Shown: positions 8,833 through 16,910 of the stretch, one piece after another
Numbering within the stretch: position 1 is the first letter of the stretch
How the letters are laid out: each line of letters begins with the position of its first letter
Assembly (NCBI GenBank): GCA_035480055.1
Contig: DATIIB010000006.1
Coordinates: 9,209-73,208 of the forward strand
Direction: 5' to 3'
Source: Candidatus Saccharimonadales bacterium
GTDB taxonomy: Bacteria; Patescibacteriota; Saccharimonadia; Saccharimonadales; DASZAF01
DNA length: 64,000 nt
Notes under the pieces: generated by a model
What the model saw: the letters and a program-made list of their open reading frames with translations, nothing else
Told to the model about the DNA's origin: nothing
The model's database searches: none
Program-made: the position numbers and the translations under genes

Positions 8833-10059
8833 TTAAATGACTGGCTCTGTTTTTGTCGAGCCCTCAACCTTTATTTTCGTGTCGCTACGTTTAGCCAATA
8901 CATATAGTGCAGTGGCACCGCAAATCAGCGAGGCCCAGATAATCAAGAAATATTGCAGTTGGTCGTTAGTATTTAGCAAACCAATGATCGGTGCCAGGCA
9001 TACATACGGCAGCATACGCAAGAAAGAGGCTACAGACAGCACGGTTGCTCGGTGTTTTTCGAGTGCATGGTTATTGAGAACTTCGCTCATAAAGGCGTAC
9101 ATTACATATTCCCCGGCGTAGAGCGTCAAGATAACCACAAAGCCCCACAAACCAATATTAGCAAGCGAGAGCAGCAAGCCTGCCGCAGCCGAAAGCGAGA
9201 TGAGTGTGAATGTCCGCTTCTCGCTTAATCTATCAGCGTATTTATGCGTAAAATGCAAAATTCCAACTGTAATTACGCCGCAGATCGCAACAGCAATCGC
9301 TCCCGCAAATGGGCTGAAAGTAAATCGGTCTAGCAACACAATCCGAAGCAGGCCGTAACCGGCGACATAGAATAGCCCCTGAACGGTGATGATAATTGGC
9401 ACATATGGTCTAAGTTTTGGCAGTCGGAATTGCGCGAATCCAATTTTAACGTCCTGCAAATAACTCTTTATCTCATCTGCCAGCTTGCCGCGAGTGTCTT
9501 TCGGCCGAGTGTCTTTAACCGGCCATATTAAGACAGTAGCCACAATAAAAGCCAATGACGTAAGTATCCAAGGAACGCGCGGATTTATAGTATGTAACCA
9601 CCCACCAATTACAGTAGCGATAAGCGTTGCCGTAAGTGCCGCCTGTGAGCCACGTGTTACAAGCTTGCGCCAAAGTGTCGAGTCACGCTTAAAGCCAAGT
9701 TTCTCAAAGAATAGGGCGTCGTCCGCACCAGATGTAAATGAAAAGCCGATCATCATAATCGCCTGTCCTACAAAGAATGGTGTAAAACTACTATTGAGCG
9801 CCTGAACTAATATGCCACCAGCAATAAATAATTGGCCTAATCGAACCATCTTGTCACGGCCGAACTTGTCAGCAAGTGCTCCTGATGGTACTTCGGCAAT
9901 CAGACCAATCGCAAAAGCCATGCCATCTAACAACCCAACTTGCTGATCAGTAATGAATAGCCGGTAAAAGTACAACCAAACTGTACCGAAGAACCACATG
10001 TTCGAGAACATACGGTACAGCAGATATTTCCGCGATAACCACTTTTGTTCTTCTGTCAT
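8833..10059 (-). CDS. MFS transporter
   Basis: 12 predicted hydrophobic segments, MFS loop motif GALADKFGRDK between TM2-3. Confidence 0.8.
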   Translation of the reverse strand: MTEEQKWLSRKYLLYRMFSNMWFFGTVWLYFYRLFITDQQVGLLDGMAFAIGLIAEVPSGALADKFGRDKMVRLGQLFIAGGILVQALNSSFTPFFVGQAIMMIGFSFTSGADDALFFEKLGFKRDSTLWRKLVTRGSQAALTATLIATVIGGWLHTINPRVPWILTSLAFIVATVLIWPVKDTRPKDTRGKLADEIKSYLQDVKIGFAQFRLPKLRPYVPIIITVQGLFYVAGYGLLRIVLLDRFTFSPFAGAIAVAICGVITVGILHFTHKYADRLSEKRTFTLISLSAAAGLLLSLANIGLWGFVVILTLYAGEYVMYAFMSEVLNNHALEKHRATVLSVASFLRMLPYVCLAPIIGLLNTNDQLQYFLIIWASLICGATALYVLAKRSDTKIKVEGSTKTEPVI

Positions 10060-10205
10060 ATATTGATTGTATTATACCTCTAATCAAGGGGAACTAAAGC
10101 GTGTGTGCAGATTCTGCGTGTACCAAACAATACCGAGTGTTGCCAAAGTACCTCCTCCCCAGGTACACTCATACCATAAACACTATTAACTCAAGTGTGG
10201 TATCT

Positions 10206-10844
10206 ATGAAAAAATGTATTATTGAATTTATCGGCACCTTCTTTTTGGTGCTAACTATTGGCCTTACGGGTAATCCTTTGGCGATCGGCGCAGTACTGGC
10301 TGCCATGGTGTATATGGGCGGATATGTGTCAGGTGCTCATTATAATCCGGCGATTACTTTGGGCGTGTGGATGCAAGAAAAAATAAGCAACCTCGAAGCG
10401 ATCCGTTATGTGGCCGCACAATTACTGGGTGCATTGGGTGCGGTTATTGCCTACCAAGCCATTCATGGCGGAAAGATGGCGGTGCATCCCAGTGTCGATT
10501 CCAGTTTTATTGCCACGTTGTTGGTAGAGATTATCTTCACCTTCGCTCTAGTAAGCGTGGTGCTGCACACGGCGGTAAGTGACCAAACCAAAGGCAATAG
10601 CTATTATGGCTTGGCGATCGGTGCGGTGCTGGCTGCAGCGGCCTTTGCTGGGGGTCCAATCTCGGGCGGTGCTTTTAATCCAGCCGTTGGGCTGGTGCCG
10701 AACCTCTACGATTGGAGTGCGCTTACCTATACATCGGCCAATCTTGCCCTGTACTTCGTCGGCCCATTTTTGGGCGGTTTGCTGGCGGGGGTTATCTTTC
10801 ACAGTATGAAGCCACGGCAGATCTCTAAGGTAGGCGCCAATTAG
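10206..10844 (+). CDS. aquaporin / MIP-family channel
   Basis: Two NPA boxes (HYNPAITLG, AFNPAVGL), six TM layout; start moved to MKKCIIEFIGTFF (10206), the upstream extension is non-hydrophobic junk. Confidence 0.85.
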   Translation: MKKCIIEFIGTFFLVLTIGLTGNPLAIGAVLAAMVYMGGYVSGAHYNPAITLGVWMQEKISNLEAIRYVAAQLLGALGAVIAYQAIHGGKMAVHPSVDSSFIATLLVEIIFTFALVSVVLHTAVSDQTKGNSYYGLAIGAVLAAAAFAGGPISGGAFNPAVGLVPNLYDWSALTYTSANLALYFVGPFLGGLLAGVIFHSMKPRQISKVGAN

Positions 10845-11797
10845 CTCAGTTGTGGTCGAATTTCGGCTTTCCATACTTCCATAAACTCCTCGTGGCGTGT
10901 GCCGGGATAGGCAACAGCCAAGTTTTTAACGCCGCTCTTGATAAACTTTTGAATGCATTTCACGTGCTGCGCGATGTCAGGCCCGCAGGGGATAGATTCG
11001 ACAAGATCTTTGGGTCGGACATTCTTGGTGGCTGCGGCAAAGTTGACTGGATTAGGAAGTTCGGCCTGCACCTTCCAACCACCTGCGGCAAAGCGAAACT
11101 GCTTGTAGGCGGTTTGAAGCGCGGCAGCTTCGTCTTGATCCCAGCTGAGCACGATCTGTCCCCAGGTATTTTCGGGATCTCCTTGGTGGCTGGTAAAGGT
11201 TCCAACCAGCGAGGCATCTGGTTCGGTCATACACAACCCACCTTTGCAATCCGCAGCAAGCGTGGCCGCTTTTTTACCACCGGCTCCTATAAAATAAGGT
11301 ATTGGCTGTTCGGGCAGGTCGAACACCTGCGCATCTTCAAGTTGAAAATATTTTCCTTGGTACGATGTGAAACCTCCTTGCCACAGAAGTTTGCAAATAG
11401 TTATAGCCTCTTGTAACATCTGGTGCCGAATGTGTACCGCCGGCCAACTCTTGCCCACCACATGTTCATTAAGACGCTCACCTGCCCCGAGCCCGAGCGT
11501 AAATCGACCCTTACTCAGCACAGCAATGGTTGCGGCCATCTGCGCTACAATTGCCGGATGATAGCGGACGATCGGGCAAGTTACCATGGTGGCTAGTTTT
11601 ATTCGCGAGGTAGCCTGCGCGATTGCCCCCAAGATACTCCACGCAAATCCGGCATGCGTTTGCTCCGGTAGCCAGGGGTGGTAATGATCCGAAATCACCA
11701 CAAAATCAAAACCCGCCTCCTCAGCCTGTACCGCTTGCGCCACCAGATGACCCGGTGCATTCCCTTCGCAGTATAAAGTGTACCCAAATTGTGTCAT
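10841..11797 (-). CDS. luciferase-like (LLM class) flavin/F420-dependent oxidoreductase
   Basis: FDFVVISDHYHPW, RFTLGLGAGERLNEH motifs of LLM family; AGGAGG SD before MTQFG start. Confidence 0.75.
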   Translation of the reverse strand: MTQFGYTLYCEGNAPGHLVAQAVQAEEAGFDFVVISDHYHPWLPEQTHAGFAWSILGAIAQATSRIKLATMVTCPIVRYHPAIVAQMAATIAVLSKGRFTLGLGAGERLNEHVVGKSWPAVHIRHQMLQEAITICKLLWQGGFTSYQGKYFQLEDAQVFDLPEQPIPYFIGAGGKKAATLAADCKGGLCMTEPDASLVGTFTSHQGDPENTWGQIVLSWDQDEAAALQTAYKQFRFAAGGWKVQAELPNPVNFAAATKNVRPKDLVESIPCGPDIAQHVKCIQKFIKSGVKNLAVAYPGTRHEEFMEVWKAEIRPQLS

Positions 11798-11820
11798 GTC
11801 TCCTCCTCTTACGTCCATAA

Positions 11821-11846
11821 AGCAGGGGCCGGTCTTGGCCCCTGCT
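11821..11846 (-). terminator. GC-rich hairpin downstream of KGG stress gene
   Basis: AGCAGGGGCC-ggtctt-GGCCCCTGCT perfect 10-bp stem; only a weak U-tract on the - strand. Confidence 0.5.
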
Positions 11847-11869
11847 CCCTCCCAGCTTGATCGATGGTG

Positions 11870-12049
11870 TTAGCGGTTTTGGTGGCTGTGCTCACCGCCG
11901 CGGCGCTTGGCCTCTACCGGCTGGTGCTCTGCACCAATCTTTCCAGCCCGGCTAGCTTTTTTGCGGTCACGATCAAAGTTGCCGGGGTTGTTTTGCTTGC
12001 CCTGGTTGCTTCCACCCCGTTGACCAGCTTCACTTGTAGACATTGCCAT
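11870..12049 (-). CDS. KGG-repeat general stress protein (59 aa; not in ORF track)
   Basis: Translation MAMSTSEAGQRGGSNQGKQNNPGNFDRDRKKASRAGKIGAEHQPVEAKRRGGEHSHQNR; GGAGGG SD 6 nt upstream; matches stress-induced KGG motif pattern. Confidence 0.7.
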   Translation of the reverse strand: MAMSTSEAGQRGGSNQGKQNNPGNFDRDRKKASRAGKIGAEHQPVEAKRRGGEHSHQNR

Positions 12050-12236
12050 AACTTTGTCCCTCCTTTTACTTACCTTGCATTTTTACTCTACCAATAGGAG
12101 TTATTATTGTCCGTGAATTTTTGCACGAATAAAAAATGAGGTATATCACGCGGCGATCGTAAATTTTTAACACACGTTACAGTAAGAAATGCGCCATACG
12201 CCACGCCGCAAGTGGCGATATCACTCCCGAAAAATG

Positions 12237-12242
12237 TACAAT
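12237..12242 (+). promoter_or_regulatory. -10 hexamer TACAAT 6 nt before crp-family ATG (leaderless)
   Basis: aTGTACAATagaaccATG. Confidence 0.5.
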
Positions 12243-12248
12243 AGAACC

Positions 12249-12893
12249 ATGGATGAGCTTCTTTCCACCCCGCTCGCCCCTTTGCTCGGCGAGGCCCGCG
12301 TTCGCACCTACCCGAAGGGCCAGATCATTCTATACGAAGATGATCAACCTTCCGAGATCTATGTTCTTAAACGTGGCATTGTGCGCATTTACGATATTGA
12401 TGATCAAGGTAACGAAAAGATTCTGCATATTATTCGTGCCCCCACGCTATTCCCGTTGGTCTGGCATTTGGGACTAAGGGGCGAAGTTGGCTCTTTCTAC
12501 GGTGCGCTCACTGACTGCGACGCTTATTTGCTCCCGAGTGCCGAATTCGAAGCGCGCATGGCCAAAGATGCTACTTTAGCGAACTATGTCCTGCGTTGCC
12601 ATGTGACCGAAATGCATGAACTCTTGGTGCGGTTAGGGAGCATGAACAAGACCACCTCATACGATAAGCTCATTGCCGCGCTTAAGTTCTTGGCAGTACA
12701 CCACGCTCAGAAAGGCCGGGGCAAATGGTACAGGGTGGAATTTCCGGTGAGCCACCAGCTGTTGGCTGATATGACCGGCATCACCCGTGAAAGTGCCACC
12801 ATGGCTATTGGCCAATTGCAGGAAGAAAAAATCGTACGGTATCCACGACTCACGGTGCTGGAAGTGAACTTCGAGAAGTTGACGCAAGGCTAG
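12249..12893 (+). CDS. Crp/Fnr family transcriptional regulator
   Basis: cNMP-binding beta-barrel (YPKGQIILYEDDQPSEIYVLKRGIVRIY) plus C-terminal HTH (HQLLADMTGITRESATMAIGQLQEEKIV). Confidence 0.85.
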   Translation: MDELLSTPLAPLLGEARVRTYPKGQIILYEDDQPSEIYVLKRGIVRIYDIDDQGNEKILHIIRAPTLFPLVWHLGLRGEVGSFYGALTDCDAYLLPSAEFEARMAKDATLANYVLRCHVTEMHELLVRLGSMNKTTSYDKLIAALKFLAVHHAQKGRGKWYRVEFPVSHQLLADMTGITRESATMAIGQLQEEKIVRYPRLTVLEVNFEKLTQG

Positions 12894-12917
12894 AACATTG
12901 CTTAAATATGATATTTA

Positions 12918-12926
12918 TGTTACAAT
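12918..12926 (+). promoter_or_regulatory. TG-extended -10 (TGtTACAAT) 6 nt before ATG 12933 (leaderless)
   Basis: TGtTACAATatgtaaATG. Confidence 0.55.
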
Positions 12927-12932
12927 ATGTAA

Positions 12933-13556
12933 ATGAATCAAAGAGTTGGCAATGTGCTGCTCGCCAGTTCGCTCTTGGTGGGAGCGTGCGGCGATGCTGC
13001 CCCAACACCAGAGCTGACAATAGCTCAATCTGAGCATCTACTGACACAGCAAGAAAACGAGCTGAGAGATTTCTGGCGCACCCAAGGAGTCGGTATTGAG
13101 GCCACGAAGCTTGCGTTGGTATCTGATACTCAAACCGCAAGCTGTGAGGTGCCAGTTAATGGCGTCAACGAAAAGAAAGAAGTTCTGGGAAGTTCACCTG
13201 CTGCGATGAGGTACTGCGAATCTTCGGACGAGATTACGGTAGGCAAAGGGGCAATTCGTTTTATCACTCAGCTCACCCGCGAATCTGGAGTCCCCACTGC
13301 CAATGCTTTGGCAATTATTGCCGCTCACGAGACTGGCCATGCGGTTCAAAAAAGACTTTATACTACAGTTGGCCTTACTACAGAAGTTGAATTGCAAGCC
13401 GATTGTCTTGCGGGTAAAAGCTTGGCAGCCACCAACTCGTCTGCTTTAGTAAGCGTTCGAGCGCTCTTTAGTGCGCTGGGCCCTGATTTTGGACACGGCA
13501 CCGTCAACCAACGAGTTGCGAGCTTTCATAAAGGCGCAACCACTGGCAAGTGCTGA
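12933..13556 (+). CDS. putative neutral zinc metallopeptidase lipoprotein
   Basis: Lipobox LLVGAC; HExxH (AAHETGHAVQ) followed by ELQADCLAG as in YpfJ-like Zn peptidases. Confidence 0.7.
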   Translation: MNQRVGNVLLASSLLVGACGDAAPTPELTIAQSEHLLTQQENELRDFWRTQGVGIEATKLALVSDTQTASCEVPVNGVNEKKEVLGSSPAAMRYCESSDEITVGKGAIRFITQLTRESGVPTANALAIIAAHETGHAVQKRLYTTVGLTTEVELQADCLAGKSLAATNSSALVSVRALFSALGPDFGHGTVNQRVASFHKGATTGKC

Positions 13557-13590
13557 TATCTATTCTTGAGGTGGAGAATCTTTTTATATC

Positions 13591-13599
13591 TGTTATACT
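13591..13599 (+). promoter_or_regulatory. TG-extended -10 (TGtTATACT) for tRNA-Arg(TCG)
   Basis: 12 nt upstream of tRNA 5' end. Confidence 0.5.
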
Positions 13600-13610
13600 A
13601 CAAAGAGTAT

Positions 13611-13687
13611 GCGCCCGTAGCTCAGCGGATTAGAGTACTTGGCTTCGAACCAAGGGGTCGCAAGTTCGAATCTTGCCGGGCGTACCA
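13611..13687 (+). tRNA. tRNA-Arg (anticodon TCG), encoded CCA
   Basis: GCGCCCGTAGCTCAGCGGATTAGAGTACTTGGCTTCGAACCAAGGGGTCGCAAGTTCGAATCTTGCCGGGCGTACCA; anticodon loop CTTCGAA. Confidence 0.9.
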
Positions 13688-13708
13688 AATTTTGCTTCTT
13701 CTTTTATT

Positions 13709-14011
13709 TTATTCAGTCACCTGCACATCACGCCAAAAGGCAACATAGTTTGAGAAATCTTTCTTGACGATGTCGAGGGCGCTTGGCTTTGGCTCGGGAT
13801 AGCTCCAGGCGTTATCCTGGCTAAAGGTAGCACCTTGGCCAACGTTAAAGTACTGACAGACGCCTTTCCATGGGCAGGTGTATGGTGTCGGGCTTTTGGT
13901 GAGATATTCTTGTTTCACCGAATCTGGTGGGAAGTACCAATGACCCTCAATATAAATGAGCTTGTCTTTATCGGCTTCGGCAATAACTTGGTCGTTCCAA
14001 ACTGCTTTCAT
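13709..14011 (-). CDS. DUF427 domain protein
   Basis: YTCPWKGVCQYFNV and NAWSYPEP..VAFW motifs; GAAGGAG SD before MKAVWN. Confidence 0.7.
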   Translation of the reverse strand: MKAVWNDQVIAEADKDKLIYIEGHWYFPPDSVKQEYLTKSPTPYTCPWKGVCQYFNVGQGATFSQDNAWSYPEPKPSALDIVKKDFSNYVAFWRDVQVTE

Positions 14012-14078
14012 GATGACTCCTTCTTCATGATGATACTTGTAAATTGGTCTAATCGGCAAGCTAGTAGCGCTGATTAAG

Positions 14079-14087
14079 TGGTATTAT
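14079..14087 (+). promoter_or_regulatory. TG-extended -10 (TGgTATTAT) 6 nt before ATG 14094 (leaderless)
   Basis: TGgTATTATaccaacATG. Confidence 0.55.
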
Positions 14088-14093
14088 ACCAAC

Positions 14094-15140
14094 ATGTCAT
14101 CTCTGCTTACTTTTGTGTTGTTCGGGGTAGCAATGGTGGTGACGTGGGTGGCTGGTATTTGGCTGACTCGTAGCACCGACGCCATTGACGCTAAATATAA
14201 GTTGGGGAGCGCATTTGGCGGCCTGCTAATCTTGGGCGTTGCCACCAGTTTGCCTGAAATTGCGGTGGCGGTATCGGCCGCGATTCAAAAACATTACGGC
14301 ATGATTATCGGTACTTTAATTGGTGGCATTGCGATTCAAACTGCAGTGCTGGCAATCTTGGACATGCGCACTAAGCACAAACAGCCGCTCACCTTTTCGG
14401 CTGCTTCGTTGACGCTGGTACTGGAGGCTGCCGTGGTTATCTTGGTGGCAACCGCAGCGTTGCTGGCTGTTCGCACACCATTGGTTGTGCCGCATACCAG
14501 TTTGAGTTTAATGTCGGTGTTTATTGTGGTGCTATGGCTGTTTGGACTGTGGCTGGTGCACAGGGCACGCCGCGGATTGCCCTGGAAGGCCGAAGCGCTG
14601 CGCGCAATCCCAGGTCGCAAACATGAAGACCGCCGCGCAACCATTAACCACCCAGCATTTAAAAAAGCTAGCACTCTTAAGACCTTTACGTTATTTAGTG
14701 TTGCTTCTCTGGCTACCTTAGGAGCAGGTGCAGCACTGGAGATTTTGGGTAATCATATTGCCGATACATATCATCTGAGCAGTGGGCTGTTTGCCGCGAC
14801 GGTCATTGCTTTTACGGGTGCACTGCCTAACATCAGCACCGGCATTGGGTCTATCGACCTTGGCGATTACCAATTGGCGATGAGCGACATTTTTGGCGGC
14901 AACTCCTTTATGCCGGCCTTGTTTGTGATCTGCGACCTAATTACGGGCAACGCCGTGTTGCGTAATGCCAGCGCCAGTGACGTGTGGTTTGTAGCGCTGG
15001 GTGTGCTGTTGACCACTATTTACCTGATTGGATTGATTGTTCGCTCGCGCAAAATGGTGTGGCGCATAGGGCTGGATTCGTTTGCGGTGCTCGTGCTGTA
15101 TATTATCGGAATTATCTCGCTGACCGTGAGTGGCGGCTAG
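14094..15140 (+). CDS. sodium/calcium exchanger (CaCA) family membrane protein
   Basis: Two alpha-repeat motifs (GSAFGGLLILGVATSLPEIAV ; GLFAATVIAFTGALPNI), about 10 TM. Confidence 0.75.
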   Translation: MSSLLTFVLFGVAMVVTWVAGIWLTRSTDAIDAKYKLGSAFGGLLILGVATSLPEIAVAVSAAIQKHYGMIIGTLIGGIAIQTAVLAILDMRTKHKQPLTFSAASLTLVLEAAVVILVATAALLAVRTPLVVPHTSLSLMSVFIVVLWLFGLWLVHRARRGLPWKAEALRAIPGRKHEDRRATINHPAFKKASTLKTFTLFSVASLATLGAGAALEILGNHIADTYHLSSGLFAATVIAFTGALPNISTGIGSIDLGDYQLAMSDIFGGNSFMPALFVICDLITGNAVLRNASASDVWFVALGVLLTTIYLIGLIVRSRKMVWRIGLDSFAVLVLYIIGIISLTVSGG

Positions 15141-15150
15141 CGCCGGTGCA

Positions 15151-15179
15151 TTTACAGATACGTCAAAAATTGCTATAAT
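15151..15179 (+). promoter_or_regulatory. promoter of tRNA-Lys: -35 TTTACA, 17-bp spacer incl. TGc, -10 TATAAT
   Basis: TTTACAgatacgtcaaaaatTGcTATAAT, 12 nt upstream of tRNA. Confidence 0.6.
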
Positions 15180-15191
15180 CTACCTCGTTAT

Positions 15192-15268
15192 GGGCCAGTA
15201 GCTCAGCTGGTTAGAGCACCTGCCTCTTAAGCAGGGTGTCGAGGGTTCGAGCCCCTCCTGGCCCTCCA
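15192..15268 (+). tRNA. tRNA-Lys (anticodon CTT), encoded CCA
   Basis: GGGCCAGTAGCTCAGCTGGTTAGAGCACCTGCCTCTTAAGCAGGGTGTCGAGGGTTCGAGCCCCTCCTGGCCCTCCA; anticodon loop CTCTTAA. Confidence 0.9.
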
Positions 15269-15269
15269 A
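15259..15269 (+). repeat. direct repeat copy 1 (TGGCCCTCCAA) = 3' end of tRNA-Lys
   Basis: Identical 11-mer recurs at 15794-15804. Confidence 0.6.
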
Positions 15270-15285
15270 GTATAAGCACTACAGA

Positions 15286-15312
15286 AGACTTCTCAACTGA
15301 GGAGTCTTTTTT
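15286..15312 (+). terminator. intrinsic terminator after tRNA-Lys
   Basis: AGACTTC-tcaactga-GGAGTCT followed by TTTTTT. Confidence 0.6.
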
Positions 15313-15315
15313 GTT

Positions 15316-15324
15316 TGATAAGAT
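15316..15324 (+). promoter_or_regulatory. TG-extended -10 (TGaTAAGAT) 6 nt before ATG 15331 (leaderless)
   Basis: TGaTAAGATatatttATG. Confidence 0.5.
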
Positions 15325-15330
15325 ATATTT

Positions 15331-15756
15331 ATGCCAATTTACTTTTACGACCAATGGTACGATGTTCTGAATAATTTCTCTGCCAATGCGGTAGAGATCG
15401 ATGGAGTCTTGTACCCCACAAGCGAACACGCATATCAAGCTGCAAAATGTACTGACCCTGTCGGAAAACACGAAATACTAGTCGCAAAAAGTCCATTGCT
15501 CGCTAAGGAAGTTAGTAATCAAAAGTATAAGTCCGCAAAAGACCCCGACTGGAATACCAAGAAACTTTCAGTTATGGAGTCTATCCTCCGTTCAAAGCTT
15601 GACCAACACCAAGAAGTCCGTAACGCACTAATGAAAAGTGGTGATGAAGAAATCGCTGAAGATTCGCCAATTGATGCATTTTGGGGTCGAGGCAAGGACG
15701 GAAACGGTGAAAATCAGCTCGGCAAACTGTGGATGAAGATTCGTTCCGAATTATAA
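15331..15756 (+). CDS. NADAR (DUF1768, YbiA-like) family protein
   Basis: FSANAVEIDGVLYPTSEHAYQAAK..., DAFWGRG..G.G.NQLGKLWMKIR motifs of NADAR fold; region visibly lower GC. Confidence 0.75.
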   Translation: MPIYFYDQWYDVLNNFSANAVEIDGVLYPTSEHAYQAAKCTDPVGKHEILVAKSPLLAKEVSNQKYKSAKDPDWNTKKLSVMESILRSKLDQHQEVRNALMKSGDEEIAEDSPIDAFWGRGKDGNGENQLGKLWMKIRSEL

Positions 15757-15793
15757 CAAGATTGCATAATATTCGTCCTGATAAGTTCCACTA

Positions 15794-15804
15794 TGGCCCT
15801 CCAA
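15794..15804 (+). repeat. direct repeat copy 2 (TGGCCCTCCAA)
   Basis: Identical to tRNA-Lys 3' end 15259-15269; lies 38 nt after NADAR stop. Confidence 0.6.
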
Positions 15805-15976
15805 ATGTAGATTTAGATAAAGCGTTTGCCTGAAGCGATTGCCACTGAAGCGCTCATACAGAGGCTAATAACTGCAGACAGTGTATGCTCTATCCACAGT
15901 ATTGTTGTAGAAAAATCCTCAGTATGTTTTACTGGATATGAAGAATAAACATAAGAATTGAATCTAGGAGGTGGGG

Positions 15977-16903
15977 ATGAAGTTACTTAAGAGGGCCCTA
16001 TTGGCTTCATTCTTACTAATCTTATTAGCTCCAACGGCGGCGTTTGCAGCAACTTCTCCGTCACTCGGAGTTGCTAATCCCTACAGCATCCTTTCGGGCA
16101 CTTACACCAACACTGCTCCTGGCACCACGCTTAATGGTGACCTCGGATACACTACCGGACCGGCAGTGGCTGCGACGGTCAATGGGCATACGCATGTTGC
16201 TGATGCGACGTATAATCAGGCGGGCATTGATCAAGGGAGCGCTCTAGGCAACCTAAATAGTCAAGCCTGTTCATTTAGCTTTGCACCTGGCGCGATTGAC
16301 CTTGCCACCGATGTAACGCACGGACCGGTCGGCGTATATACACCTGGGGTGTATTGTATAACCGGCGCGGCCTCTATCGGTGGTGGTGGAACGATCACTC
16401 TTGATGGCGCAGGAACCTACATATTTAGAATGAATGGCGCATTAACTACTTCGGCAAACTCGATCGCTACTGGCATTAATGGTGCCACTGCCTGTAATGT
16501 GTGGTGGACACCCACAGCGGCTACGACTCTCGGTGCAAACTCTACTTTTCTTGGTACTGACATTGATGCCTCAGGTATTACTATCGGCAGCACCGTCACC
16601 TGGACAGGGCGAGCTCTAGGCTTTGGCGGAACGGTCTCTACCGCTGTCGATACAATCAACACTGTCCCAGCTTGCGCAACAGCGTCAACAGGATCCTCAA
16701 CGCCTGGGTTTGGTGAGAATACTGGCACCACGAGCAGCACAACTCCTGGACTACCAAACACCGGTATTGCTCCACAACAGAGGAATATGCGAGTCCTGGC
16801 TGTACCAGCTGCCGCAGTCCTGGCCACAACTGCCCTTTACGCCGTCCGAAAGAAGAGCCTCAAAGGAATGCTAGCGCTCCTCGGACTCTCTCGGCTCGGG
16901 TAG
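15977..16903 (+). CDS. DUF3494 (ice-binding-like) surface protein with LPNTG sortase signal
   Basis: Signal peptide ...APTAAFA; LGVANPYSILSG..LNGDLG.. ATYNQAGIDQGSALGNL pattern of DUF3494; C-terminal LPNTG + hydrophobic segment + RKKS. Confidence 0.75.
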   Translation: MKLLKRALLASFLLILLAPTAAFAATSPSLGVANPYSILSGTYTNTAPGTTLNGDLGYTTGPAVAATVNGHTHVADATYNQAGIDQGSALGNLNSQACSFSFAPGAIDLATDVTHGPVGVYTPGVYCITGAASIGGGGTITLDGAGTYIFRMNGALTTSANSIATGINGATACNVWWTPTAATTLGANSTFLGTDIDASGITIGSTVTWTGRALGFGGTVSTAVDTINTVPACATASTGSSTPGFGENTGTTSSTTPGLPNTGIAPQQRNMRVLAVPAAAVLATTALYAVRKKSLKGMLALLGLSRLG

Positions 16904-16910
16904 GTAGGGA

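Noticed and set aside
8542-8907. 121-aa ORF spanning tRNA-Arg (and the similar 13566-13748 ORF across the second tRNA-Arg, and 15211-15471 across tRNA-Lys)
   Set aside because: The reading frames run straight through cloverleaf tRNA genes, so they are artefacts.
11864-12097. 77-aa + strand ORF
   Set aside because: The opposite strand encodes a KGG stress protein with a strong SD and a terminator. The + strand product is hydrophobic low-complexity with no start signal.
12050-12248. Crp/Fnr binding site upstream of the crp-family gene
   Set aside because: No convincing TGTGA-N6-TCACA or TTGAT-N4-ATCAA palindrome was found. Only a short hairpin, CGCCAC-N7-GTGGCG, is present.
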